64,000 nucleotides of DNA from Schmidtea polychroa. Taxonomy: Eukaryota. The translations under genes and the position numbers were made by a program. Location of the stretch: positions 37,140,001 through 37,204,000 of the forward strand of contig CM097885.1 in the NCBI GenBank assembly GCA_044892525.1, read 5' to 3'. How positions within the stretch are numbered: position 1 is the first letter of the stretch; each line of letters begins with the position of its first letter. The notes under the pieces are model-generated. The model was given only the letters and a program-made list of their open reading frames with translations. It searched no databases and was not told where the DNA came from. Shown here piece after piece: positions 1-13,927 of this stretch.

Positions 1-306
1 AAGATGGCTCAATATCATTACTATGATTCGTTATTTCAGTTTTTACAGTTAGAACCTTTTGAGTATATAAAATATCATCCAATGTAATAAATGTTTGACA
101 AGATGAGTCCTTCATTAATATGTCTTTTGTGGTGGATTTGTTATTTTCACAAGATGTAAAGATATCAATACTACTGATGTCCTTAGTTGGTGTTATAACT
201 TTAAATCTGAAAAGTAAGATTTTTAAATTATTTTAAATAAAGTGATAATATTATATATTGTGAGTAGAGGAGTTGAATAAAATTTAAAATTAATCAATTT
301 AAAATA

Positions 307-2513
307 CAGTAATGTGCGATATTTAGGGCAGAAAAATAGACTGTAAATGTTAAATTTTTAAGGCATTTATCTTGTAAGAAAGGGATTTCACCATTAAAAT
401 TTTGTATGATGTTAAAAATAATAAAATAAATTTATATATCGTTTCTTTTTTATTTTTTAAAAGCAATATTTTCGAGCTATTCTGCGATTTATAATAAAAG
501 TTTAGGGCATGTTAAAAATTTAAGGCATTATTTTACTTAAAATTTAACAGAGTATATATTTACCTATAAAAAATCAATTTTTAATAAAAATTTAAGGCAA
601 TCTTCATTATGGACTTAAATAAGAAAAAAAGAAAAACTTACACCAAAGGAATAAAAAGAGAAATTGCCAAAGCATATAAAAAGGATTAAAAGGCTTTGTG
701 TGATATCGAAAAAGAATTTGATGTATCACAAAAGGTTATTAGAACAGCAATCAAATCTTCGGAGGAGCTTTTAAATCTGGAAAGTGATGATCCAACATTT
801 GATACTTTTAATTTATGTAAAGCAGCAGAAATCAAGCTATTGAACATTGATCAATACATGCTTGATGGTATCAGGCAGATTCCAAATGCAGGTGGCAATG
901 TTTTAATGGGGAACTTGATGTCATTGGCAAAAAATGATGTCATTGTCGTGTGAATATCACATCATACTTTATAAGAGGTTTTAAAAAGCGATACAATGTG
1001 GCATTTAAATCACTTTGTGGAGAGGCAAAATCTGCTATGACAGACAAGTTTTTTGACTTTTTTGATGAGTTTGAAGCTATAAAGAAATATTATGATGAAA
1101 AAGATATTTACAATTTAGATGAGACTGGTCTATATATCAAGAATTTTGGTAGAAGAAGTTACATTTTGAGGGATGAAGATGACAGAAAAAGTATAAAAAC
1201 CGATAAAACAAGAATTACGCTTTTATTATGTTTTAATAAATACGGCGATGAAATTACACCATTAATCATAGGAAAAAGCAAACCCCCCAGGGCTTTTAAA
1301 AACGAGAAACCAGATAATTACAACCTAAAATATGCTAACAACACATCTTCGTGGCTTACCAAAGATATTTTTTTGAAATATACAAACGATTTAAATGACG
1401 AAATGATCATACAGGATAGAAAAATCCTAATATTATGCGATAATTTTAAAGGCCACGAGGTTGGTGCATTTTGGAACGTGAAACTGTTATTTTTGTCACC
1501 TAATACAACATCGATCTTACAGCCTCTAGATCTAGGTATAATTAACGATATCAAGTCTAAGTATTCTGAATATGTCAATAACTTTTTTACAAATATGATA
1601 ATTGATAATAGTGCGAATATAAAATCTTGTTTTAGTTCCTTGACATTGCTAGAAGTATATTACTGGATAAGGTTCTTCCTGGGACGTATCTGAATTGTTG
1701 GGAAAAGTTTGAAAAAATGAAAGGGAAGCTTCAGAATACAGATTTAGAAAAAGAAGAAAATGAAGTTTTGTTTGATAATTTAATTGCTCCGGACTGTGTG
1801 GTAAAAGATGATCCTATTTATGATGAATCCTCATTTTGTCTCGATGGAATCCTTTGCGATATATTGGAAGCATCTAGGATTGAATCGGTAAATTATCATT
1901 AAAAAAAACTGGATAATTTGTAGCATATTGAAGAAATTGATGTTAGAAAGTCGTACATTGATTTTAAAAATAAGTACTATGAAAGTAGATCCAGAAGATC
2001 CACGGTGACTTACATTATCGATTAAAGGCTATTTGTAATTTTTTATAGCTATATCTTTGTAATATGTTTAAAGAATTTTGTCATGAAAAATTAAATTTAT
2101 TTTTTCCTTATAAAAATTTATTTTAGTATAGGAATTCGGTTTAAAGCATCTTTTAACTGGATTTAATTATATTTTTTCGATCACAACCGTATATTAGAAA
2201 CCACTCAGTGCTGTATGCAATTTACAAGAAAACAACAGATTTTTACAGCGAATATCAAGCAAAATGTTTATGATTCATTTTTATAATCAATTAATAATTT
2301 TTTTAAATATGTAATTATCATTTATTCCGTGAATTGTTTTACCGCAATTCATCCTAATGAATTACACCTTTTAAAGTAAAAAAACCATATACATAAATAA
2401 TAATAATTTTAAATAATGATTTTATGTAATTTTAAACGAAATAATGTTTTTCGAAATTTAGAGCAAATAAGATTTTTAGGACATGTTTGTGCCCTAAATT
2501 TCACGCACTACTG
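307..2513 (+). mobile_element. pogo/Tigger-family DNA transposon, full length, decayed
   Basis: Imperfect 24-bp TIRs: TA|CAGTAATGTGCGATATTTAGGGCA at 307, and the reverse complement CAGTAGTGCGTGAAATTTAGGGCA ending at 2513. They enclose a DDE_1 transposase. Confidence 0.88.
609..2024 (+). pseudogene. pogo/CENP-B-like transposase with stops and frameshifts
   Basis: ATG at 609 (MDLNKKKRKTYT) is in frame with ORF 696-953 across a stop. ORF 950-1693 has IYNLDETGL, KTRITLLLC, LILCDNF and PNTTSILQPLDLGII. Confidence 0.9.
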
Positions 2514-2785
2514 CAACTCAAAACCTTTAGCATTTGATTGAAATATATATTTACTCAAATCCAAACTGCAACATAAAATCGAAGTATTATTTTTATATTA
2601 ATTTTTAATTTCATAATTTAAAAATGATTTCGTTGCTGATATATATCATTCATGCATACCTACTTATTTATTATTTCTACATAATTCATCATGCATCGAA
2701 GTCATAGTGATTTGGTTAGATAATTGACTTATTATTAAATATTTTCTCTTTTTATATAGTCTATTATTCATCCAATTAATTTATT

Positions 2786-3083
2786 TCCTAATATTTATTT
2801 ATTTTATTTTAAATTACTTTATAAATATAATTATTTATAATGTATATAAATTTCATATAAAATATATTGTAAATTGTTCTATAAAAACAGTATAATAATA
2901 ATTAGTAATGTGTTAAATCAAAACAATAAATTATGACATAAATGTTATTAATTACACATTATTAATTATTATTATACTGTTTTTTATAGAACAATTTACA
3001 ATATATTTTATATGATATTAAATTATATACATTATAACTAATTATATTTATAAAGTAATTTAAAATAAAAGAAATAAATATCA

Positions 3084-3086
<3 letters not shown>
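2786..3086. repeat. Long AT-rich inverted repeat (~130-bp arms, ~40-bp spacer)
   Basis: 2786-2913 is the near reverse complement of 2954-3086 (aatatattgtaaattgttctataaaaacagtataataataatt vs aattattattatactgttttttatagaacaatttacaatatatt). It abuts (TA)n. Confidence 0.9.

Positions 3087-3137
<51 letters not shown>
3087..3137. repeat. (TA)n microsatellite
   Basis: Direct reading. Confidence 0.98.
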
Positions 3138-3140
<3 letters not shown>

Positions 3141-4310
3141 TAGCGGATTAAGGGGGGCTGATCGGGCTAAAGCCAGTGGCCCCAAAAATTTAAAATTTAA
3201 AATAAAATTAGAGTAGCATATTATGCTTTTACAAAATATTCAAGCTTAAAACTTCTACTATGTTGATTACTATGTTAATACAGTAGGTGTTAAAAACGAT
3301 GAACCTTTAGCTGAATTAAAAACATCCATCTTAGAACAAACTATTGGATAACTAAGAATAGTTGACGTAATATAAGCCTTCATCTAAATATGTCCCTAAA
3401 AAAGAGTCCAGGATATCCGTCGTGAGAAGTGCAGTGTTGCTCATTATGTGCCGTGCACGGCTTATTCCCTTAAATTTGTTTGGGAAAAGTGTAGCAGAAG
3501 ATTGTCCTATTGCAGCCAGATTTTTTTGCCTTTTGCAAATCTTTATACCTGGCTTTGCGCATCTACTGATCGTTGACAGCTTCATCAAAAACACCTAAAA
3601 GGGTTACCTGTTAACAAAGCCTTGTCTGACACAAGATGGTCAGCCAGACATGATGCTGTTAGGTCTGTTAATAAATCATACAATGAGAATGTTGCATCAC
3701 TGGAAGAATTAGCAACTGACGAAAATCAGCCGCGTGACAGTCGACTTGAAGCAGAAGGATTTCGGAAAAAACTTGAACAACTGGAAGTTGCTATTTTACT
3801 TGAAATTTTGGACACAATTTTAGAAAGATTTCAGAAAACAAATTTGTCCCTTCAAGAGCGAGGACTATCTTTGAATTCAGCCATCCATTTGTTGAAATCT
3901 CTCCTTGACTTTGTTAAAAGACAGCGTTCTGAATTTGATTCTTAAGAAGAAAAAGGAAAGCAGAAGTCTATGCAGAAAGAGTATAAACAATCTTCAATAC
4001 GATCACAGAAGAGAAAGAATCAGTTTGATGAAGGGCCATAAACTGAAACAGTATTTTCACCGAGGAAAAAATTCAAGGTTGAGGTATTTTTGGTAATCAT
4101 TGGCAAACTATCTTAAGCTCTCCAACATCGGTTAGATGCATATGAAGACATCCATAAGAACTTTGGCTTTCTTACAAACCTAACTGAGCTCAGCAATGAC
4201 GCCATCCGAGGGAAAGCAGCTAAGTTAATGGAAGAATATTCAAGTTATTTCGAAGACTGCTTTCCTTCAGAGTTAGTTCAATTTTCCGAGCTCTTCAAGA
4301 CAGTTATTGT
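3138..4310 (+). mobile_element. hAT transposon fragment (ZMYM1/THAP12-like transposase), internally deleted
   Basis: Left end CAGTAGCGGATTAAGGGGGG directly after (TA)n. Coding remnants YVPCTAYSL, SDTRWSARHDAV and ILERFQKTNLSLQ. No right TIR found. Confidence 0.8.
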
Positions 4311-4494
4311 CGAGCCTCTTTTAAGCAAAATATATAAATATTTTTAGGTCAAAAAATTATTTGCATCAAAAATCTTATTTTTCATATTGACTATTAAATT
4401 TTCATATTACCAAATATTGTTGGTCATTAAAAACTTATCCAATTTAATTCCCTTAATTAACAACAAATAAATACTATCATAATTATCTTTTGAT

Positions 4495-4775
4495 TTCACC
4501 TTTGATCTTTTTTTAGTTCAACAATTTTCATATTAATGTTTGTAGGCTTATAGATCAGAAAAACCTTTTTTTTAATATCAACTACATGATATTTTGGCAA
4601 TGTCTTTATCGAGTTTGTAATTCCATTTGATATACCTATTTGATAAAGTTTACTGAAATATAGTTTACCTAACATAATAAAGATGGTTTTGATCTATAGT
4701 CCTACAAACATTAATATGAAAATTATTGAAAATATAAATAGGAGAATTGAGTTTATTGAAAAAGAATGTTCTAAT
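4495..4775. mobile_element. Inverted pair of PLE pseudo-LTR fragments (family C, diverged) with a decayed hammerhead on the minus strand
   Basis: 4517-4565 is the near reverse complement of 4685-4730. The minus strand at ~4585-4615 reads AC TCGATAA AGAC ATT GCC AAAA TATC ATG. Homologous to 6097-6208 and more distantly to 48178-48330. Confidence 0.55.
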
Positions 4776-6096
4776 TGTATAAAATAAATATGTTACATAA
4801 ACATGCGAAAGAGATATTTACAAAATCCCACAAACATTATCCGGTGCTGATATATTTCATTTGATAATTATATAATATACAAATAATGATCCTAGACAAA
4901 TCCTAGTTATATTCAGCCGTCATTACGTCAATGCGTTAAAAATCATGACAGAAATGACAATCAAAAGCTTTAGATTTCAAATTATTAATGAAACTAATAT
5001 AATTAGAAAATCAGAACGTCAAGTAAATGCGCATTTAACAATATAAGATTATGAAAAAAGCAAATTTATTTACAGATAAATTATGTTTTATTTTTATTAA
5101 AATTGTAAAGAAAATGTTCATGGAATTTGTGGTGGCCGTAGTTTGATTGACATAATCTTCATTAGCGATGGAAATACTGTAGCAAATGCGAAACATTAAA
5201 ATTAAATTATTGGCATGAGCTTCGAGGTTTGGATTAATAACAAAAGTCAAAATAGCTTAAAATATTTTCTATGCTTCACCATTGATTGAATATTTTCAAT
5301 TCATTTTCATATAACTAGGGGTAATAAAAGAACAATTGAATTTATTTAGTAATGAATAAAGTAATTCTTTGTAAAATTTGATTTCATTTGAATAGTTAAA
5401 TTTTTCAATATTGTTTTCAAAGGTTTTCCATCTCTTTTTAAGAAAATGCTTAATTATATATGTTATTTCAACAAATGAGAAAGCTCCGAAAATAGCACAA
5501 AAACAGCTTTTCCATAACACCCCTCTAAGACTTTAGCACATTTGCACTATAAGAGATGAATATTCAACGAGTATCGAAAGAGTATTGTAAAAAATATAAT
5601 AATATTAATTTTTAATAAATGGTTGAAAAGTTTGACTTTTTGTTTAAATAAAAAATATTGACATAATTTATTGTCATAATTTATCTTAAATTAAAATTCT
5701 TCATAAAATAAACTGACTAATTTAAAGAAAATTTTTTTTACTTATAACTTTGTAATATTTATTACGCTGCTCGTTGAAAATGAAAGTAAATATAAGCAGG
5801 AGTTATTAAATATTAACATCTCGGAAATTAAGATGGAAATACTTTATAATTATTAACCTATTCAAATGAAATCAAATTTTACAAAGAATTACTTTATTTA
5901 TTACTAAATAAATTCAATTGTTCCTTTATTCGGACCACATCCAATTATTAAGATTTATATATATACATATATTTATAATTATCGTTTTTATATTCCTTGG
6001 TTTAAATATTCAATTTAATTATGTAATATCTATTTCTATAATTTTATGGACTAATTTTATTTTTTCAGTGTTTAAATTTTCATATTTATCTTTTGG

Positions 6097-6208
6097 TTTC
6101 ACCATTGATCTTTTTTCAATTCAATAATTTTCATATTAATATTTGGAAGACTATAGATGAAAACAATATATAATGTACATGATATTTCAGTGCAGCCTTT
6201 ATCAAGTG
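6097..6208 (-). mobile_element. PLE pseudo-LTR fragment (family C) with decayed U3-A8 hammerhead
   Basis: Minus strand ACAC TTGATAA A GGC TGC ACT GAAA TATC ATGT. Same-orientation copy of 4497-4615. Confidence 0.55.
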
Positions 6209-6679
6209 TTTTTTTGTATTTTCCTTACATCATTATTCAAATAAATTTTAAAATTATTTTCATTATTTAATTTTTATTCATAAGGTAAATAATAATTTTT
6301 ACAATAAATTTTATTTCATAAATAATATAACACTCTATATTTTTAAAAATTTTTATACATAATTCATATTCTAGTAATTTTCATATTAATCAGCAATTTA
6401 TAAATTGTAAAAAAATATGATATTTAAAACAAAGTTGAATAATCTTTTATATCTATCGCTTTTTCTTTTCTATCTTATGAAGATAATAATGAAACTGTCG
6501 AAATATAAGTTTGAATGACACATTTTAATACTTAAATTATTGCTATGTTATTTCATTCTATAAATAATTAACATTTTAATATTAAAAGTTAACTACATGT
6601 TATAATCTTTTATCTACAAAGTTAAAATATTTATTTATTACTGTAAATTTAAAAATGAATAAATATTCGCATTTCCTGC

Positions 6680-6721
6680 ATAGTACTGATGAGAACCAAA
6701 AGCTCGAAACTAGTCTACTAT
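6680..6721 (+). ncRNA. Minimal type I hammerhead ribozyme (PLE type, family A)
   Basis: ATAGTA CTGATGA GA-accaaaagc-TC GAAA C TA GTC TACTAT. Stem I is 6 bp, the core is intact, stem III is the palindrome ACTAGT, and the GUC site is 6713-6715. Stem II is weak. Confidence 0.8.
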
Positions 6722-7083
6722 TGGAATTTTCACTGGGTATCACAAAGCTTATAATGTTTAAATTATTCAAATGTTAGACATCCGTTAAAAAAATTTTACA
6801 CCATTATATAAATAAATAAACATATACATTAAATTAATACGATAAATAAATTAATTAATTCAAGAATTAGTGAATCAAAATTAATCAATTTTTTTATCAT
6901 GTAGACTGAGTGCATATATTGTATAGATATTGTCAAACAAGATTTCACAACTATCATAAACAATGAAATTGAAAGCCAAAATGCAAAGTTATTGGCGGCA
7001 AAGATTTATTGAAGTCTAAAGTACTTCAAAGTCATTTATAGAGGATGAAAGCAAAGAATTGTAGACTTTTCTGTGATATGAAA

Positions 7084-7106
7084 TTAATAATAATATTAAT
7101 AATAAA

Positions 7107-7197
<91 letters not shown>

Positions 7198-7208
7198 GTA
7201 ATAATAAA
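7084..7208. repeat. (AAT)n microsatellite
   Basis: Direct reading; source of the poly-Ile ORF 7045-7233. Confidence 0.97.
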
Positions 7209-7939
7209 TCTTTATACGTTTATAGAGATTTGATCAACAATAATGATAACCCGAATATCAGAAAAACCGCCGGGTTATTTGCAAACATTCATTTGTTAAA
7301 ACAATTCAATGTCAATCATATTTATCACAGTTTTATGGAAATATGAACTTGTATGAATTGGAAACACTTTTTGGCATTTAATAGTCAATAATTTTAATCA
7401 GTAAATACTCCTTGAATGCAGTTCTTCAAAAAACAAAGTGAAAAAAGAAAGAAAAACTAGTCCAATTATTGACAAGTTAAATCCAAAAAAAAATCTTTTA
7501 ATAAATTTTCCATATTTTTACTGTCAAATATTTATATAGATATCCTTGATGTTTTTATATATTTTACGATAATGACATATTTTTAAAAGAATAATTTTTA
7601 TATTTTTATAATTATTTTATTGTTTGTTTATATTTACTTTATAAAACATCTGTAATTGAAATTAATTAATTCATAACTAATGTATTGTGAAAAGATATAA
7701 ATATTTAAACAAATTCATTTCATCATTTCATCTTTTTATAACTTATTTTAAAAACTTGAATTGAAAATTAAAACAAAAATATTAAAGTTCTTTATAAAAT
7801 TTAATATTTATATTAAGTTATTAATTAGATAGAGTAGGTAGTTAGTAGCCCTCTGGAATTCTTATACCACCCTGTTAGGGTGTTCCAGTATTTTTTTTTG
7901 CTTACGATTAAGTAAGTGTTGCAGTGGGATACACTTAAT

Positions 7940-8665
7940 TTTTCTGTGATTTTCAATACAATAAAGGTCCTATAGAAAAAAAAGCCATGATTTCTCTGAC
8001 TATAGTGAGGTGATCTCGATTGATCCTGAGAATTCCAATAAAAAAGGGTCTATAGAAGAAAAGCAAGGATTTTTCTAAGTAAATTAAAGCGGGTAATTAT
8101 CGATAAAAAAGCCATAATAATTTAAGGTCTCAGGATATTTTCAATACAAAAAGGGGGTCTTCACTAAAAAGCATGGTAAATTAATAATAAATAGGTAAAT
8201 CAAGGGTCTAAAAATTGAATTAAAGTAAATTATGGGCTAAATTTTTAAATGAAAATAAATTATGGATTCAAATAATTTATTTTTTTGGTCTAAATTTTTA
8301 AATTAAAGTAAATCTATGGTCTAAAATTTTAAATTAATGTAATATTTAATAAAAAGTAAATTAAAGTAAATTAAAGTAAGATTTTTAAATTTATTAACAA
8401 AAAGTTTGATTAACTACCAAATTTTTGAGAAATGTAATTTTTTAATGAAAATTTTTATGAAATAATTTTCAATATCAATTTCAGATGCAAATCTTTGTGA
8501 ATTAATCAATGACCACATGAAATTATTGGTTAAATATGTAAATAAGGGTTATTTTTGGTAATTAAGTAAATGAAGGACTTAATTTTAAAATTAAGTAATA
8601 AATTTTGAATTATGATGAGAATTGGTAGTGATAAGTAAATTAAAGTAAATTAAGGTCTAAGTTAA
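7940..8665. repeat. Degenerate modular tandem repeats, probably the subterminal region of a DNA element
   Basis: Recurring tcaata..aaaaggg/gtc..tatagaa units, then aaattaaagtaaatt/ggtctaaa units. Loosely resembles the reverse complement of 34150-34643. Confidence 0.5.
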
Positions 8666-8667
8666 TT

Positions 8668-9750
8668 AGGTAGATTTCGGTTTTTATTGGCCAGCCATGG
8701 AAAAAAAGATACGGGAAGTTATTGTAACCTGTAAGGAATGTTTGCATAATAAGAACTTAAACTGACGAGTTTAAGCAACTTTACAAAACATTGTGACTGA
8801 AAGACCTTTCCAGATTATTGCAATTGACATAACAAGACCCTTTAAAGCAACAACGGGGGGTTACAGATATATATTTGGAATTATCGATTATTTCTCAAAG
8901 TATATGTTTAATACCAATGGCAACGACATAAGCACCGAAAGTTGCGCAAGAATTATGGAGAAACTGGATATCAAAATTCGGTGTCCCAGTCTGGGACTTC
9001 CAGAGAAAATACACTTGGATAGTGTAAGTAACTTTCAATCACAACTTTTCCTCGAATACTGTAAAATCTTGGGTATTCAGAAAACCTTCACTTCACCATA
9101 TTATCCTCAAAGTGATGGTCTGGTGGAAAGATTGTTTGGAACGGCTAAAAGCATGATAGGCTCGGTGTTGGAAAAAAGGAAAACGAGGGATTGGTGCATG
9201 ATTCTACCAACCATAGAATTTTGGCTAAGAATCACTAAACAGAAAACCACAAATTCCCCATATGAGATTGTATTCGGAAAAAAGCAAGATTTCCAATCGG
9301 ACTGACACGAGTACTAGGAGAGAATGTTACAAATTATGATGACTATGTAGAACAACTATAGACAGATATACAGATAATTCAAGAGAAAGTTATACGTATT
9401 ACTGAAGAAAGAATGAAGAAAGATATAATAAAGTAATCAAATAAATTCGAGATAGAGAGTTACAAAGAAAATCAATATTTGGTCAAGAAAATCGAGTTTA
9501 AAAACAAAAGAGAGAAAGATTTAACTAAAAAGAGAGACAAGTAATCCAAACCTACGATACCGTTTCGATTGTCGGGCGAGGGGGATGTTATATGGATTAA
9601 ATTAATATTTAATTCATATATTGTAATTTAACAGTTTTTATTGTAAAGAATTTAAAGTTAACATAATTTTAAATTGTTTCAATAATACTTATTTATTGAA
9701 ATCTATATTTTGAACTATTTCTTATCTTATAATTTTATAGATATATAACA
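8668..9750 (+). mobile_element. Gypsy LTR retrotransposon 3' part: integrase, PPT and 165-bp LTR
   Basis: FYWPAMEKKIREVIVTCKEC (HHCC), PFQIIAIDI, IHLD and TSPYYPQSDGLVER. PPT GAGGGGGA, then LTR 9586-9750 bounded by the perfect inverted TGTTATAT...ATATAACA. Confidence 0.9.
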
Positions 9751-10321
9751 ATATATGATATCCGAAACTGAAAGACTGTTATGTTTGAGATGGGGAAAGA
9801 TAGCCTGACTTTCCAAAATATATTGATAAATTAACTAAAGAAAAACAGGTGCAGGTTTAAATGGAGTATAAGTTTTGAGTAGTACTACAACATTGAAAAA
9901 TCTAATTCACAGTAATGAAAAGAGAATGCAAATTCGAACTATTCGGTTTTTTTTAGAACTCTTAAGGAAATTAGGTGGTCTAAGAATGATAAATTAATGA
10001 TAGTGAAAATAATATCTCAATGGGAAAACAAAACATAAATTGGCAGTTTATTCACTGATGAAAAATATCTAATTTGGTTAAAACAAATGGGGGTCATGCG
10101 TATAAAATGTGACCTAACTAATTTTATTAAGATATATGAATATATTATTTGATATATTACTAAAAATTGCTTAGATACTTATTTGTAAAAAAATATATGA
10201 GAGTAAGATATTTTAAAGGGTTGTAGAATTTTGGTGTTTTATCCTGTTGAGAAGAGGCCTTTTAATGTACATTTCTTTAATGTTCATGGTAATTGCTAGT
10301 TTTTTATAATAAAGTCATTAA

Positions 10322-10496
10322 CCTTTTGCGGTCTTTTTAAATGATTATTTAAATTGTATGATTGTCATAAAATAAAATTCTAATTCCAAAAAGTGCCTAA
10401 AAAATCCCAATTTAGTTCAAGAAAATAATTTATACAAAAAATCATTAAAACAATTGTGGACCTGGTGGGTTACTTTTTTTTACGGACCGCAAATGA
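10322..10496. mobile_element. Decayed piggyBac-type MITE
   Basis: TTAA|CCTTTTGCGGTC ... GACCGCAAATGA; right TTAA not preserved. Confidence 0.4.
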
Positions 10497-11371
10497 GAAC
10501 AGTAAAAATATTCTTAGTATCCAAATATTCCCTAATATGTATATTAAAATTATTTGTCCTAATTTTGTTGAAAATATTTAATAATCAATATTATTTGTGT
10601 TCGAATTAAAAAATGATTAATATTCATTAAATAAATTAACTTATTAAAACAAAATTTAATTTATCAAATTAACTGAAATCATTCATATATATGTAAAAAA
10701 TATGATTCCAGTATCAAAGTCAATGAAATATGAGCTGTTTCAAATATAAAATCGCTTCAAGTTTTCATTATTGCCCTGGCAGTAACTCATTTGCTATTCA
10801 CTGAAATGGGATATAAATCACTTCAATAAAATTTGGACTTCCTATTCCTTTTATTGTTTCCATACTTTTATTATTATTTACATTAACTGTTTGAATTGTA
10901 TATCAAAGCATTGTGATAGTTTCAAAGACAATGTAAGCAATAAAAATTTAGTTATGGATTTGGGAAGCATGCCATTAAGTGAAAAACGATTTTAAAAACT
11001 TTTATTAAAAATTTTCAAAGAATAAAAAAATTACAAAAAATTTAAAATTGGGAAAAAAACTGCCAAAAAAGATCAATTTATTTGTAAAATTGAAAGATGT
11101 TTTTATTTATATTAAGAGTAATAAATACTAGAAATCTCTTATTTTAATATTTGTATATAAGTGTGAACTGCTACATTATGTATACATTCAATATAACATT
11201 CACTCTCATCTTTGAATTTACCAATCACCGTCAAAAGCCAAGGCTGGTCTCAGGCAGATTTTTCTCAGAGCCTCTGGTTCTTTTCAATATTATCAGTAAA
11301 CCCAAACTTGGCTGTATAAATCTATAATTTTAAATATGATGTACTCAGCTCATATAGACTGAGTTTGACAC

Positions 11372-13927
11372 CAGTCGTGGTTACGTTTCAAAAAAAAACG
11401 CAAAATGAATTATGATTTTCTATAGCAAACCATGTGAAGTACGAAGATAGGTTCCAGGGATACGAAAATACTACTTTTTAAAGAGAAAATTGAACAAAGT
11501 AAACATTTAAAAAACAAAAATAATATAAAATTTTATTTCATACATACAAATGATGAGTCCATAGTGGCTGTTGTCGTATGTCGGCTTTCTTTCACAAAAA
11601 ATTGGTCCAATATTTGCTGAACAGCTTTTTTTTCAACGTAAAATAAATTTCCTTGTAGCAATTGATATTCGTAGCTACCGCCTGGGATACTTTAAAACTC
11701 CTTCCACTGTCAGGATCGTTTTTTCAAAAAAATATCCATAGCTTCGTCAATCAAACACATCGTTTTGGAAATTTGTTTTGAGGTTAAATTTTGTTCTTTG
11801 GAGATTTCTATTGAACGATTACTGTCATCTTCTTCATTAGCAAATTGCAATTCCAGTTGCAATAGTTATTCATTAGACAATTCTTGGTTGTACGAGGTTA
11901 GCAATTCATTTATGTCAGTTTCCTCCATACCTTCAGAATAAGACTCTCTAGCTAAATTATAAATTTCATGACGAACAGCTGGTGTACCATCAACTTCTGC
12001 AGCGCATATTCTGTGAAGACATTCAGGCCATATTTTGCGCCATACACTATTCATGCAAGATGTTTAACCTCCTCCCACGAATCGGAAATAATCTCTATGG
12101 TTTTCATAATGTTGAACTTTTTCCAAAACTCTCGCATAGTAGGCTTATCTTGTCCATCAGTCTCACTTAAAAGAAGTTTAAATTTTCGTTGAAGGTAATA
12201 ACTTTTAAAAGTCGATATTACTCCCTGATCCATCGGCTGAATAACTGATGTCGTATTATGCGGCAAAAATACAAATTTCACGTCTTCTGTGAACTCTTCA
12301 ACATTAACTGGGTGGCCAGGAGTATTGTCTACTAGGACCAAAGCCTTGAAGTTTAAGTTTTCCTTGTTGCATTAAGCTTTAATTTCTGGAATAGCACAAG
12401 TTGAAACCCAGTTTTGAAATAATGATGCCGCCATTCATGTTTTTTTGTTTGCTTGCCAGAGGACAGGAAGCAGATTCTTTGAAATACCTTTCATAGCTCT
12501 TGGATTTTCTGATTGATAAATGAGAAATGGTTTAAATTTGAGATCACCATTTGCATTACCACCAAGAAGAAGAGACAGTCTATCCTTGCTAGCTTTAAAT
12601 CCTGGCGCAGATTTTTTCTGTTTTACATATGAAAGTTCTGTTAGGTAGACGTTTCCAAAATAATCCAGTCTCATCAACATTAAAGACTTGTTTAGGATCA
12701 TAGCCACCTTCATGAATTAACGCTTTTAACTCTGTCAGGTAGCGTTCTGCAACTGTTATATCAGCGCTAGCTGCTTCGTCTTTAAGAGCAATGCTGTGCA
12801 GATTTGCTCTCAAACAGGCCTGACTATCTTCAAATGTTTCATTCTTGTATGTATTACTACCACTAGCATTATCGTTGGATACTGCTTTACTTTTAAAAAT
12901 AAGCTTAAAATAAGCTTTTTGCTTTCGTCTGAATTAGCATTTTACTTAATGGTATTCTCTGCGCAACTTGATTTTCAATCCAAATAGAAAGCAAGGACTC
13001 CATTTTGATCATCAAAGCACTCCTTCTACGGGTCATCGTTTTAGCATCTAATGATGTTGCAGATTTTGCAGCCTCACTTATATTATCCTCATCTAAATCG
13101 CTAATAGTTCTGACAGTTGTTACAGCCAGACGAACAGCCTTTGCTATCTCCACAGCCTTCTTTCCCTTATCAAATCGTTACAGAATATCTAATTTTGTCT
13201 CCAAGCTGATAGTATTTTTTTATTTTTGGCAATTCTACCAGCAACAACCTTTCCACTCATTTGGATAAAATAGTTACAAGTGTATGTATGTAAAAAAAAT
13301 AATATAACTCGGCCAATAAATAAATTGGAAAAATATTTACCTTTTTGTAATCAGAAACAATCTGTAAAAATTTATAAAAATTTATTATTCTCTTTTAAAA
13401 AAAACACAACACACTATACAACTCTATTTTTCCCAGAGTCATCTGACATAGACAAACGCATGTGATCACTGAGGACAAGGCTGAATCAGAACAACAAACG
13501 ATTTATTTTAAATAAAATTTAATCAATCACAAAGCATACTTTTAAGAGCACGTGATTGTCACGCGATGACTACTGTATACTTGCGCTGACTCTTGGGAAC
13601 AAATAGAGTATGTATGTAAACATAATTGAAACTGAACTCTAAAATTAGCAAAACAAAGTGAAAATAAAAGTGTATTAAAATAGCTTTGATTTTCCGTTAG
13701 AAAGGGAATCCCCGAGTTTTGATGGCATGGCGCAATTAGTACAAAAGTCGTGCCATCTTTTAGAAAAAAAAAATTCAAAAAATTTCAAAAAAAATTAAAG
13801 ACTCAAACTCAAAACAACGCAACTTCGAAATTCTTACGACACAATGTGAAAATTAGTAATAATTCAGCAGCGACGCAAATTCGAAAAAACGCAAAACAAA
13901 AAAATTGTGAATTTATTATTATATCTG
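11372..13927 (-). mobile_element. Tigger/pogo (TIGD1-like) transposon, decayed; ends approximate
   Basis: Transposase remnants on the minus strand. Candidate ends CAGT at 11372 and CTG|TA at 13575 or 13927; TIR match is poor. Confidence 0.75.
11550..13260 (-). pseudogene. TIGD1-like transposase pseudogene
   Basis: ATG at 13260 (MSGKVVAG...ISLETKLDIL), MESLLSIWIE, QVFNVDETGLFWK, APGFKASKDRL, DNTPGHP, PHNTTSVIQPMDQGVI, VWRKIWPE; multiple frameshifts. Confidence 0.92.

Noticed and set aside
9751..10110. PBS-like TGATATCCGA after the LTR, and Tc1-like LFTDEK at ~10050
   Set aside because: Too degenerate to call; similar faint Tc1/mariner traces at ~41.0, 49.8 and 59.1 kb were also left uncalled.
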